From NCBI GenBank assembly GCA_031555055.1, contig JAVBUT010000002.1, positions 142,418 to 206,417 on the forward strand: DNA of 64,000 nt, read 5' to 3'. Within the stretch, counting starts at the first letter, position 1. Each line of letters starts with the position of its first letter. This stretch comes from Alphaproteobacteria bacterium. GTDB lineage: Bacteria > Pseudomonadota > Alphaproteobacteria > Rs-D84. The translations under genes and the position numbers were made by a program. This document shows positions 48,215 to 57,501 of this stretch, piece by piece. The notes beneath the pieces were generated by a model. It did not search any database, had not been told where the DNA came from, and saw only the letters and a list, made by a program, of their open reading frames with translations.

Positions 48215-49765
48215 ATGTTCAAAAAGTTTATCATTATTTTTACAGCGATTTTCTGCTGTTTGTTGGCGGTGCCGACAATGATGCCGGAATCGACGAAATA
48301 TTTTCCGCACTGGATCGAACCGATTCCGTTGGGACTGGACCTAAAGGGCGGGGCGCAATTATTACTGGAGGTTGATACCGACACGATGATGCGGGAAAAG
48401 TCGAACCAGTTGTACGAAGGCGCGCGTACGGCCATGATCAACCGCGACAAAGGCGTGATTCGTTTTTCAAACCTGCGCAATGTGGACGGCAGGGTGTCGA
48501 TGGTTATCCGCGATGATTCGGACGTGTCCAAGGCCAAGGGGCGTTTAAAGAGCGAGCTGGGGGATACTGTCGATATCGAAAGCAGCGGTAACACAATCAC
48601 GCTGTCTTATTCGGACAAGCAGAAATCGGAAATGGTCAATGACGCACTGTCACGCAGTATTGAAATCGTACGCCGTCGTATTGACGCGCTGGGGACGAAA
48701 GAACCGTCGATCCAATCACAGGGCGGAAAGTATATCCTGGTTCAGTTGCCGGGCGTTGACAATCCTGAACGTATCAAGGACTTGATCGGCCAGACCGCAA
48801 AGATGACATTCCATCTGGTTAACGAAAGCGTGACTAATGAACAGATTGCGTCTGGGCGCGCCCCAAGTGGAACGGAATTTTTGCCGTATATGGATGGTGG
48901 CCAAATGGTTCCGGTATACACCCATATCGAAGTATCCGGTGAAAGCCTGAAAGATTCCCAGGCCGATTTTGACCAGAACAACATGCCGGTTGTTACGACT
49001 GTATTTGACGCATCCGGCGCAAGACGATTCGCAAAACTGACGACAGAACACGTCAACGAACGATTCGCGATCGTGTTGGACGGCAAGGTACTAAGCGCGC
49101 CGACAATCCGTGAACCGATTCCGGGCGGTCGTGGCCAAATATCCGGCGGATTCACATTGCAGGGTGCGAAAGACCTTGCGGTATTATTACGTTCTGGCGC
49201 ATTGCCGGCACCATTGCAGGTTATCGAAGAACGCACAGTTGGCGCGGGCCTGGGGGCGGACACAATCGCCGCAGGCAAGGTCGGATCGCTGGTCGGGCTG
49301 ATATTCATCATGCTGTTCATGGTGTTGTTCTATCGCGGGTTCGGAATGGTCGCGAATCTGGTGCTGTTGGTCAATTTGGCGATGATCATCGGGATTTCCG
49401 CGCTGTTCGGCGCGACACTGACACTGCCGGGGATTGCCGGTATCGTTCTGACCCTGGGGATGGCGGTGGATGCGAATATTCTGCCGTTTGAACGCATACG
49501 CGATGAAGTAAAAGAAGGTATGCCGACGCTGCGCGCGGTCGATCACGGTTTTCACCGTTCGCTGAAAACTGTTTTGGATTCGTATCTGACCACGCTGATT
49601 TGTTCACTGATACTGTTCCAATTCGGCGCGGGTCCTATACGCGGATTTGCGGTGACGCTGTCGATCGGTGTTATCACTACGCTGTTTACATGTATGGTTC
49701 TGGGTAAGGTGATCATTGATATGTACATGAACGGCAAGAATAAAAAGATTGGATTTATAAAATAA
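48215..49765 (+). CDS. secD: Protein translocase subunit SecD
   Basis: LGLDLKGG, RRIDALGTKEP, AIVLDG..LSAP.I, LRSGALP, TLTLPGIAGIVLTLGMAVDANIL.FERI. Confidence 0.97.
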   Translation: MFKKFIIIFTAIFCCLLAVPTMMPESTKYFPHWIEPIPLGLDLKGGAQLLLEVDTDTMMREKSNQLYEGARTAMINRDKGVIRFSNLRNVDGRVSMVIRDDSDVSKAKGRLKSELGDTVDIESSGNTITLSYSDKQKSEMVNDALSRSIEIVRRRIDALGTKEPSIQSQGGKYILVQLPGVDNPERIKDLIGQTAKMTFHLVNESVTNEQIASGRAPSGTEFLPYMDGGQMVPVYTHIEVSGESLKDSQADFDQNNMPVVTTVFDASGARRFAKLTTEHVNERFAIVLDGKVLSAPTIREPIPGGRGQISGGFTLQGAKDLAVLLRSGALPAPLQVIEERTVGAGLGADTIAAGKVGSLVGLIFIMLFMVLFYRGFGMVANLVLLVNLAMIIGISALFGATLTLPGIAGIVLTLGMAVDANILPFERIRDEVKEGMPTLRAVDHGFHRSLKTVLDSYLTTLICSLILFQFGAGPIRGFAVTLSIGVITTLFTCMVLGKVIIDMYMNGKNKKIGFIK

Positions 49766-49807
49766 GTGACAGTGTCGGTGACAGTGTCAGTAAAAAAGGT
49801 TTTAAAG

Positions 49808-50671
49808 ATGAAATTAAGTTTTATGAAATATCGCAAATTATCGTACTGGATTTCCGGTATCTTGGTGGCGCTGTCTGTTGTGTCACTGATGACCAAGGGA
49901 TTAAATTACGGGATTGACTTTGCGGGCGGCATATCGATGGAGGTTACGCCGAAATCTGCCGAATACACAATCGATAAAATGCGTTCGGATTTGAAAGAAT
50001 TCGGTCCGGAATTACAGGCGGTCGATAATCATTCTATCTTGGTGCGCGTTGGCTTGCCCAAGGGCGCGACCGACGAACAGCAGAACAACCGCGTTCGCGA
50101 AATCAAAGATATTCTGGGTGAAAAGGTTAGTTATTCCCAAGTTCAGATCGTTGGACCGAAAATCGGTGGCGAACTGGTGCGTGGCGGTATCATGGCGGTA
50201 TTGCTGTCGTTTGTTCTTATGTCGGTTTATATCTGGATACGTTATCGCGGCGGATACGCGGTTGGATCGTTTGTGTCGCTGTTGTTGGACTTTGTTCTGA
50301 TGTTCGGATTCTTTTCGATTGCGGGACTGGAATTCAATCAGACGTCAATCGCGGTGATCCTGATGGGTATCGGATATTCGATCAACGACAAGGTTGTGAA
50401 CTATGACCGCATAGAAGAAAATATCAAAAAATATCACAAAATGCCCATGACCGATCTGATCGATCTGTCGATAAACGAAATGATGCGCAGAACGATCATG
50501 ACCAGCATTTCCACCATTTTGGCGATGATTGCTTTGTTCTTCTTTGGTGGCGTGATGCTGCGCGATTTTTCGATCGCGATGACGTTTGCGGTCATTATGG
50601 GAACACTGACCAGCATTTATATTTCTAACGTCGTGCTGTATCACTTTAACCTGCGCGAATTGGACCATTAA
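49808..50671 (+). CDS. secF: Protein translocase subunit SecF
   Basis: GLNYGIDFAGG, VGPKIGGEL, IGYSINDKVV.YDRI.EN, RTIMTS. Confidence 0.96.
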   Translation: MKLSFMKYRKLSYWISGILVALSVVSLMTKGLNYGIDFAGGISMEVTPKSAEYTIDKMRSDLKEFGPELQAVDNHSILVRVGLPKGATDEQQNNRVREIKDILGEKVSYSQVQIVGPKIGGELVRGGIMAVLLSFVLMSVYIWIRYRGGYAVGSFVSLLLDFVLMFGFFSIAGLEFNQTSIAVILMGIGYSINDKVVNYDRIEENIKKYHKMPMTDLIDLSINEMMRRTIMTSISTILAMIALFFFGGVMLRDFSIAMTFAVIMGTLTSIYISNVVLYHFNLRELDH

Positions 50672-50805
50672 AATGAAAAATGAAAAATGAAGAATGAAAA
50701 AATATTTTGTCTTCATTTTATCATTACTTAGAAAAAAGCAAGGAAGGTAAATCATGAGAGCGATATTGAAATCATTTTTCATTATTCATTTTTCATTTTT
50801 CATTT
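50670..50805. repeat. (AAAATGA)n array after secF and complementary (TTTTCAT)n in the next gene's signal sequence
   Basis: aaatgaaaaatgaaaaatgaagaatgaaaaa (50671-50701) versus tttttcattattcatttttcatttttcattt (50775-50805). Confidence 0.85.
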
Positions 50806-52259
50806 GTATTGCAAATGCCGCAGAGCTGTTCGATCCAAAAGAACCGGTCCAGGATGGGATCAACGTATTCGAAACATCTGCGGTATTTTCTGATATTTAT
50901 ACCAAACTGGACAAGATCGCGTGGGGTGGCAAAGACATCAGCGTCGCGATCGAATCTTTGGAAAAAATAAATTCGAACGCCCATATTGCGGCGACCGACG
51001 AACGCGTGGTTCTGGTATGGCATGATGCGATTGTCGCTAACTATCCGAAACCTGCGAACCGCGACTGGGACGCATACGGCCAGATTACGACTGCGCTGGT
51101 TCTGAAGTTGCGCGGGCTGGACCCGGCGCTGAACCAAATGTCGGCCAGCGAAATGTACCAAACCGTTGTGGATGCGCTGATGCGTGGCGTTGATGAGAAT
51201 GGACGGTATATATATTCAAAACAGGCCGAAATTTTGGAAGACGGCCGCATACTGACTTCGGTGGGTCTTGACGGTGGTCGTGATGAACGGGAAAACTTTC
51301 GCGTCATGGGGGTTTACAAAGATTCGCCGGCCGATACTTCCGGTGTGCGCGCGGGCGACATAATAACCAAAATCAATGGAAAACGAATCGCGGAAATGTC
51401 CGACGACCAGATCGGCGGCGTGCTGTCGGGATTTAATTCCGGAACATTGAAACTGACGGTCTTGACGCCTGGCGGTGAAAAGCAAATCGTTCTGCGCCGC
51501 GCGACAGTTGTGCTGGCGGATGCGGATATAATATATCGTTCCGGTGAAAGCACCGGTATTTTGGAAATCGTCGTTCATCGCGTTTCCGACAACGCTGTGG
51601 CTATTGTCAATGAAGCCCTGGCAAAGCACGCGTCTGCGTCCGGGATAATTCTGGACCTGCGCGCGGCGACCGGAAATGACGAGCGCGCGGCGGCAAAGCT
51701 GGCCGGGCTGTTTGTCGGTGCGGTGCCGGTTATGCGGATTGTTGAAACGGCGCGCGCGGAAACAGAAATCGTGCCCGGCGGCCGGGCCGTCACGGACGCG
51801 CCTATGGTCGTGCTGATGTCAAATACCACGCGCGGAACGGCCGAAGCGATCGTTGGCGCCATGTATGAAAATAAACGCGGAATATTGGTCGGAACACCGA
51901 CAGCCGGATCGGCGCGTATTGCGACGACAATTGATTTGGAAAATGGCGGCGCGCTGGAACTGTTGAACAAATCATTAAAGACGGGTAACGGAAATCAAAT
52001 TGACGGGCGCGGGATATTTCCGCTGGTATGTTTGTCCAACATACGTTCGGATTCGCAACAGAACGCATTTTTCTTGAATGTTATAAATAACGATTTTCGC
52101 GCGCGCGATTTCAACAATGACATGGAAACCCCGGTGGAATCTATCCGCAAGGGTTGTCCTGTTATCACCAGCGGCACGGACGAAGACAATTTATCGGCGG
52201 CGGTCGCAGTAAAAATCCTGACCGATGAAAAGGTTTACAGCAAGTTGATTAATGAGTGA
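50754..52259 (+). CDS. S41A carboxyl-terminal protease (CtpA)-like protein with PDZ domain; catalytic residues substituted
   Basis: Signal peptide; PDZ SPADTSGVRAGDIITKING; IILDLR; PMVVL...TRGTAE; VGTPTAGSA; IDGRGIFP. Confidence 0.85.
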   Translation: MRAILKSFFIIHFSFFICIANAAELFDPKEPVQDGINVFETSAVFSDIYTKLDKIAWGGKDISVAIESLEKINSNAHIAATDERVVLVWHDAIVANYPKPANRDWDAYGQITTALVLKLRGLDPALNQMSASEMYQTVVDALMRGVDENGRYIYSKQAEILEDGRILTSVGLDGGRDERENFRVMGVYKDSPADTSGVRAGDIITKINGKRIAEMSDDQIGGVLSGFNSGTLKLTVLTPGGEKQIVLRRATVVLADADIIYRSGESTGILEIVVHRVSDNAVAIVNEALAKHASASGIILDLRAATGNDERAAAKLAGLFVGAVPVMRIVETARAETEIVPGGRAVTDAPMVVLMSNTTRGTAEAIVGAMYENKRGILVGTPTAGSARIATTIDLENGGALELLNKSLKTGNGNQIDGRGIFPLVCLSNIRSDSQQNAFFLNVINNDFRARDFNNDMETPVESIRKGCPVITSGTDEDNLSAAVAVKILTDEKVYSKLINE

Positions 52260-52282
52260 TTAGTGTTAGCGGTTAGTGGAGA

Positions 52283-52957
52283 ATGGTTATGTTTTTACGC
52301 AAAGATAATACGATCAAATGGAAGGAAATTGGCATCGCGGCCACGATAACTGTTGCGCTGTGTGTGGCGGGCGCATTGTGGTTTGATAAACCGATGTTTA
52401 TGTTTATGCGCGAATTCGATTGGCATGTATGGGGTCTGCTGGACCAGTTGTTCGCGACCAAGGTATGGCTGTTTGTATCCGCGGTCGCGGCGGTATTGAT
52501 CGCCGGCCGTATCGCGGCCATAAACAAGGAGCGCCGGTTTCAACTGATTCTGAAAAATTTTATTGCAGAATTCAAAGCGCGTGCAAAATCCAATCCAGGA
52601 TTTTTGGTGTTCGCGTCCGTCCTGTGTGCCAGCATTGTCGGCGGAATATTAAAGTACGGCCTGGGGCGCGCCCGTCCGATATTTTACGAGGCGCTGGGGC
52701 ATACGGGTTTTTATCCATTTACACCGGAATGGGCATTTAATTCGATGCCGTCGGGGCATGCGACTGCGTCGTTTGCGGGTCTGGTAATGATCGGTATGCT
52801 GTTTCCAAAGATCAAGTGGGCTACATGGACGGGTGCCATTATAATCGCGCTGTCACGTGTGTGCTATGGCGCGCATTGGCCGTCGGATGTAATACTTGGG
52901 GCATTTATCGGTATGGTCACGGCTGACTTGGTAAAGAGTTGGTTTTATAAGAAGTAA
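52283..52957 (+). CDS. PAP2 family membrane phosphatase (lipid A phosphatase-like)
   Basis: K..LGRARP, SMPSGH, SRV..GAHWPSDV..G. Confidence 0.92.
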   Translation: MVMFLRKDNTIKWKEIGIAATITVALCVAGALWFDKPMFMFMREFDWHVWGLLDQLFATKVWLFVSAVAAVLIAGRIAAINKERRFQLILKNFIAEFKARAKSNPGFLVFASVLCASIVGGILKYGLGRARPIFYEALGHTGFYPFTPEWAFNSMPSGHATASFAGLVMIGMLFPKIKWATWTGAIIIALSRVCYGAHWPSDVILGAFIGMVTADLVKSWFYKK

Positions 52958-52963
52958 ATATCT

Positions 52964-52985
52964 GGGCGCAAATATGCGCCCCTAC
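52964..52985. repeat. GTAG-type REP-like palindrome (inverted)
   Basis: gggcgcaaatatgcgcccctac. Confidence 0.75.
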
Positions 52986-53000
52986 AAATAAAGGCATAAT

Positions 53001-53579
53001 ATGAAAAACGCGATAATTTTACATGGTACGGATGATACACGCGAGGATGTGTTTGCTGCACCGAACAGCTTGTCTAATATGCATTGGTTCCCATGGCTGC
53101 AATGGGAATTGATAAAACAGGGCATTTTAACCCAAACGCCGGAAATGCCAAATCCATGGGATGATCAGGTAAACTATGATGAATGGGCGATGGTGTTCGA
53201 ACAATTCCCAATCAATCAATATAGTGTATTAATAGGACATTCGTGGGGTGGGGGCTTTTTATTAAAATATTTATCCCAGTATCCGGAAATAAGGATAGAT
53301 CAATTGGTTTTGGTTGCGCCATCTATTAATACCGAAAAGTGTGGTGATTTTATGAAGGGGTGGAATGGTGATACGAAACTGGCCGATCGCATTGGGCATA
53401 TAGATATCTTATATTCGGTGGATGATAATAAAGAAATAATAAACAGCGTGAAACAAATTATAAAGTTCTTTGACGTTGCAAAAAATTTTACAGTTCATAA
53501 ATTTGAAAACAAAGGACATTTTATACAAAGCAGAATAGGCAAAGAATTCCCGGAACTGTTGGCGGTGATTAACCATTAG
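53001..53579 (+). CDS. RBBP9/YdeN family alpha/beta hydrolase
   Basis: IILHG, HWFPWL, MPNP, LIGHSWGG, LVAP, S.DD, GHF, FPELL. Confidence 0.88.
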   Translation: MKNAIILHGTDDTREDVFAAPNSLSNMHWFPWLQWELIKQGILTQTPEMPNPWDDQVNYDEWAMVFEQFPINQYSVLIGHSWGGGFLLKYLSQYPEIRIDQLVLVAPSINTEKCGDFMKGWNGDTKLADRIGHIDILYSVDDNKEIINSVKQIIKFFDVAKNFTVHKFENKGHFIQSRIGKEFPELLAVINH

Positions 53580-53665
53580 CGCATAGCGCATAGCGTATAG
53601 CGATTAGCGGTTCTGCTCTGACACTATGCGCTAAGCGCTATCTCGCTATTTGCTATGCGCTAATT
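53577..53665. repeat. TAGCGCA / TGCGCTA inverted heptamer array
   Basis: tagcgca tagcgca tagcgta tagcgat tagc ... tgcgcta agcgcta tctcgcta tttgcta tgcgcta. Confidence 0.88.
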
Positions 53666-53695
53666 GTTAATTCACTTTCACCTACACCTTTACAT

Positions 53696-53711
53696 GTTTT
53701 TATGATATAAT
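53696..53711 (+). promoter_or_regulatory. Extended -10 promoter 6 nt before ftsK ATG (probable leaderless transcript)
   Basis: TTTTTATGATATAAT-TCGCGC-ATG with no SD. Confidence 0.6.
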
Positions 53712-53717
53712 TCGCGC

Positions 53718-55955
53718 ATGGCAAATAATGCAAAGTTTCTGCCGGAACGTGTGTCCGGTGCCTTGAAAAGTCTTGCCCTGCGTACGCTGGGGCTGGTGTT
53801 GCTGGCGCTGGGGGTGTGGTTTACGTTCGCGCTGTTTTTTCAAAATCCATATTTGAACGGTTTCGCCGCATCCAGCAATTTCGGCAACCAGAATCTGATT
53901 GATAATATCGTCGGATTTGTCCGGTACGGTATCGGCTTTGTGCCGGCACTATTCTTGTTTTTATGCATTGCGCGCACAGGATTGTCGTTCATGATGAACT
54001 GGTCTGATGAACGCGCGCCGGAATACAACGCATTGCGCGGGTTTATCGCGATATGTGCGGGCGCCGCCGGTTTCGGCGCGATATGGCCGGGAAACACGCT
54101 GGGCGGAATGGCGGGCAGCATTGTTGCGTCTGACATCGGATCGTTCGCAGGTCCGTGGACGTTTGTATTCGGAATTGCATTTTTATTAATATTCTTTTTA
54201 ATGGCCGGAAAGTTATTAAATATCAGCTGGCGCGACCTGCAGGCCTTGGCGCGCGCTATATACAGGTCGGTCCGCTGGATACTATCGGTGTTCCATCTGG
54301 TAAAAATGGCAGAGCCAGAAGAGGATAATTCCGACGAAGAAGAATACGAAGACGAAGAATCAAACGAAAAAGAAAAGCCAGCCCGCGCGGCGCGAAAAAA
54401 AGCCGTGCCTGTCACAAAAATAAAATCGAAAAAATCCAAAACATCCGAACACGAACACGAATACGAATTGCCTGATCCGGAATTTTTGGAAAAATCCGTA
54501 TTTGGCAAACATGTGATCACGCCGGAGTTGAAGCGCAACGGTTCCGCAATGGAGGCGCACTTTGAAGAATTCGGCGTATACGGCCATGTCGTCGGGATCA
54601 AGCCGGGGCCGGTTGTCACATTGTATGAATTCGAACCTGATTCCGGTGTGCGCATTGCCAAGGTTACCGATACCGTCAAGGATATGACCCGCGCCATGGC
54701 GGCGGAAAACATCCGTATTGCGCATATTCCGCGCACAAACTATATCGGTGTTGAAATGGTTAATTTGAATCGCCAGCCAGTGCGGTTCCAATCATTGATT
54801 ACAAACTCTGCGTTTGTGGAGTCAAAATACAAGATACCGCTGGCGCTGGGGGTTGATATCGGCGGACACCCGATGTATTTCGATCTGGCCAAGATGCCGC
54901 ATTTGCTGATCGCGGGGCGCACCGGATCGGGTAAGTCCGTATTTGTCCAGTCCATTATAATGTCGATCATGTATCACTTTACGCCTGATCGGTGCAAGCT
55001 GATGGTTGTGGACCCCAAGGCTGTGGACTTTACATTATGGGATAATATCCCGCACTTGATCACGCCGGTTCTGACGGACGCAAATTCGTCTGTGAATGCG
55101 CTGAAATGGTCTGTGCGCGATATGGAAGAAAGATACAAAAAACTGAAAGACCTGGGCGTTCAGAATATCGAAGGATATAACGACGCGGTTGCAAAGCTGC
55201 GCGCGGCCGGCAAAAAAATAACCAAACAGGTCGCCGTCGGCACCGATCCGGAAACGGGCGCGTTGGAATTCGAAGAACAAGAAGTCGACTTGTCCGACAT
55301 GCCGTACATGGTCATTATTATTGACGAGGGGGCCGACCTGATGTCTGTTGCACGTAAAGAAGTCGAGGCATGCGTCCAGCGTCTGGCGCAAAAGGCGCGC
55401 GCGGCGGGCATACACTTGGTCGCGGCGACCCAGCGCCCGGACACAACCGTCATTACCGGTGTTATCAAGGCGAATTTCCCGACACGCATATCATTCCAGG
55501 CGCGGTCAAATATCGATTCTATGACGACGCTTGGCGAAAAGGGCGCGGAACAATTATCGGCGTTCGGCGATATGCTGTTCAGCGAGGCGGGCAGGGTGCC
55601 GGTCCGAATTCACGGCGCGCTGATCGAAAATGTTGAAATCAACCGCGTGGCGGATTTCTTGCGTGCACAGGGCGAACCGGAATACGCCGAAGGTGTTGCG
55701 GACGGCGATGGCGGCGATTTTGGCGGCGCGGGTGCGACGCCGATACCGGGCATGCCGGTGAGTAAGGGCGACAAGGATTCCGACCTGTACGAACAGGCAA
55801 AGCAATACGTTGTCCGTGACAAGAAACCCACGATTTCATACATCCAGCGCAGACTTGGCGTCGGTTATAACAAGGCCGCCGGATTTATGGAACGGATGGA
55901 AACCGAAGGCGTTGTATCGGCCCCGGATGCGAATAACAAACGACAGATATTGTAA
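53718..55955 (+). CDS. ftsK: DNA translocase FtsK
   Basis: N-terminal TMs, PGPVVTLYE, DLAKMPHLLIAGRTGSGKSV, IIDE, RLAQKARAAGIHL..ATQRP, gamma domain SYIQRRLGVGYNKAA. Confidence 0.97.
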   Translation: MANNAKFLPERVSGALKSLALRTLGLVLLALGVWFTFALFFQNPYLNGFAASSNFGNQNLIDNIVGFVRYGIGFVPALFLFLCIARTGLSFMMNWSDERAPEYNALRGFIAICAGAAGFGAIWPGNTLGGMAGSIVASDIGSFAGPWTFVFGIAFLLIFFLMAGKLLNISWRDLQALARAIYRSVRWILSVFHLVKMAEPEEDNSDEEEYEDEESNEKEKPARAARKKAVPVTKIKSKKSKTSEHEHEYELPDPEFLEKSVFGKHVITPELKRNGSAMEAHFEEFGVYGHVVGIKPGPVVTLYEFEPDSGVRIAKVTDTVKDMTRAMAAENIRIAHIPRTNYIGVEMVNLNRQPVRFQSLITNSAFVESKYKIPLALGVDIGGHPMYFDLAKMPHLLIAGRTGSGKSVFVQSIIMSIMYHFTPDRCKLMVVDPKAVDFTLWDNIPHLITPVLTDANSSVNALKWSVRDMEERYKKLKDLGVQNIEGYNDAVAKLRAAGKKITKQVAVGTDPETGALEFEEQEVDLSDMPYMVIIIDEGADLMSVARKEVEACVQRLAQKARAAGIHLVAATQRPDTTVITGVIKANFPTRISFQARSNIDSMTTLGEKGAEQLSAFGDMLFSEAGRVPVRIHGALIENVEINRVADFLRAQGEPEYAEGVADGDGGDFGGAGATPIPGMPVSKGDKDSDLYEQAKQYVVRDKKPTISYIQRRLGVGYNKAAGFMERMETEGVVSAPDANNKRQIL

Positions 55956-55977
55956 AAACGCCCCACGGGGCGTTTTT
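55954..55977 (+). terminator. Intrinsic terminator
   Basis: aaaaacgcccc ac ggggcgttttt. Confidence 0.75.
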
Positions 55978-55980
55978 ATT

Positions 55981-56080
55981 AATCACTAGTCATTAGTCAA
56001 TAGTCGATAGTAGGAGTGCATATTTGCGCCCCTTATATCTGGGCGTATGCAATACGCCCCTACTAATGACTATTTACTAA
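55981..56080. repeat. Inverted REP pair nested inside inverted TAGTCA heptamer arms
   Basis: ctagtca ttagtca atagtcg ata gtaggagtgcatatttgcgccc ... gggcgtatgcaatacgcccctac taa tgacta tttacta. Confidence 0.8.
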
Positions 56081-56144
56081 AAAAGCCTTTTGTATAAAAG
56101 GCTTTTTTATGATATAATTTAGTCATAAAAAGGAGTTTTATAAC

Positions 56145-57338
56145 ATGAAAAAGCAAGTATCTTTATTCTTTCTGGCGGCCGCGATATTCGGTGTTGCGCC
56201 GGCCGTTGCCGCAACGAATTCCGGCACGTATGGCGCATCCAGCGCGGATTTGACCGGTGCGCCGGCCACGCGCGCACGCACGTCTGTGAACTATGAAAAG
56301 TATGAAACGCGCAGTTCCAGCAAGACATACACAACCAAAGATTCCGATAAAAATCTGTATTACAGCCAACCTTCATCGCGCAGCAGCGCATACAACAATA
56401 TGGGCACGACACGCACAGAATCTTCGCGCACAACGCGCAGCGAATCGTCACGCACATCGGCAAAACGCAAATACTATCTGGCGCACCCGTTTTTCCAACC
56501 GCTGGAAGGTAAGGTAGGGTCTGTGACGGACCTTTCCTATGCGTCCAGTTCTTATAATGTGGCGTTGACACCGCTGGCGGGATTTACAATCAGCGATGAT
56601 GACGCAAAGTGGGACATGAAGCGCTTTTCTGTAAAAGAAGATTTGTCGTACGGTATTACGGATCGCTTGGCGGTTGTCGGAATGCTGCAGTATGACAGCT
56701 CTACATACACAATGGACTGGTCCACCGCGCCGGATGACACGATGAAGGATTCCGGGATCAACCTGTATGGTTTGGGTCTGCAGTGGCGCTTTACCGACAG
56801 TGCGGAATGGATCGCGACACTGTCCGGATATTTCCAACACCAAACGGATATCGCGAACACATTTATCGCGGACCTGAAAGCAGGGTACAAGGTCAACACG
56901 TCGACATTCTATGGCTTGCTGCGCGGATGGCTGGTTGATTTCGAAGGTAATTCATATGGAAACGGAATCGATGACGGCAACGGCACGGCGATATTTATTG
57001 CATACGATACCGATGTCAGCACAGCATTCTATGTCGAAGGCGGTCTGGGGGTATTCACTGTCTTGGGCGAAGATTGGACATTGAATCTAGAAGCAGTGTT
57101 CGGCAACTATGACTGGCATAACCAGGCGTCGCTAAAAGGCGCGATCGGATGGCAGCCAGGCGAATCGTTCGCACTGAACCTGTATGCTAAAACAGCGATA
57201 TACGACAGCGCCGACGGCCAGGATTTGGGCTTTTGGTGGCTTGACCCGTCATTGCCGGATTGGGAACACCGCGGAACCGCCCACATCAGCAACTATGCCG
57301 AATGGACGATTGGCGCCCAGGCGATATTGTATTTCTAA
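56145..57338 (+). CDS. Outer-membrane beta-barrel protein with Ser/Thr/Arg-rich N-terminal extension
   Basis: Signal peptide, amphipathic beta strands (LSYGITDRLAV, LGLQWRF), C-terminal aromatic F. Confidence 0.78.
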   Translation: MKKQVSLFFLAAAIFGVAPAVAATNSGTYGASSADLTGAPATRARTSVNYEKYETRSSSKTYTTKDSDKNLYYSQPSSRSSAYNNMGTTRTESSRTTRSESSRTSAKRKYYLAHPFFQPLEGKVGSVTDLSYASSSYNVALTPLAGFTISDDDAKWDMKRFSVKEDLSYGITDRLAVVGMLQYDSSTYTMDWSTAPDDTMKDSGINLYGLGLQWRFTDSAEWIATLSGYFQHQTDIANTFIADLKAGYKVNTSTFYGLLRGWLVDFEGNSYGNGIDDGNGTAIFIAYDTDVSTAFYVEGGLGVFTVLGEDWTLNLEAVFGNYDWHNQASLKGAIGWQPGESFALNLYAKTAIYDSADGQDLGFWWLDPSLPDWEHRGTAHISNYAEWTIGAQAILYF

Positions 57339-57357
57339 TCGGCAAAGCCGATTAGAA

Positions 57358-57501
57358 ATAATGAAAAATTAAAAATGATATATGAAAAATAATTTTTCAT
57401 ATATCATTGGTGGTTTTTCACGGATCATATATACAAATATAAGATTTTGATATGAAGAAACTATTAACTATATTTTTCATTTTTAATTTTTCATTTTTCA
57501 T
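57358..57501. repeat. (AAAATGA)-type array upstream and complementary (TTTTCAT)n in signal sequence of the 57452 gene
   Basis: atgaaaaattaaaaatga (57361-57378) versus tcatttttaatttttcat (57477-57494), an exact reverse complement. Confidence 0.85.
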
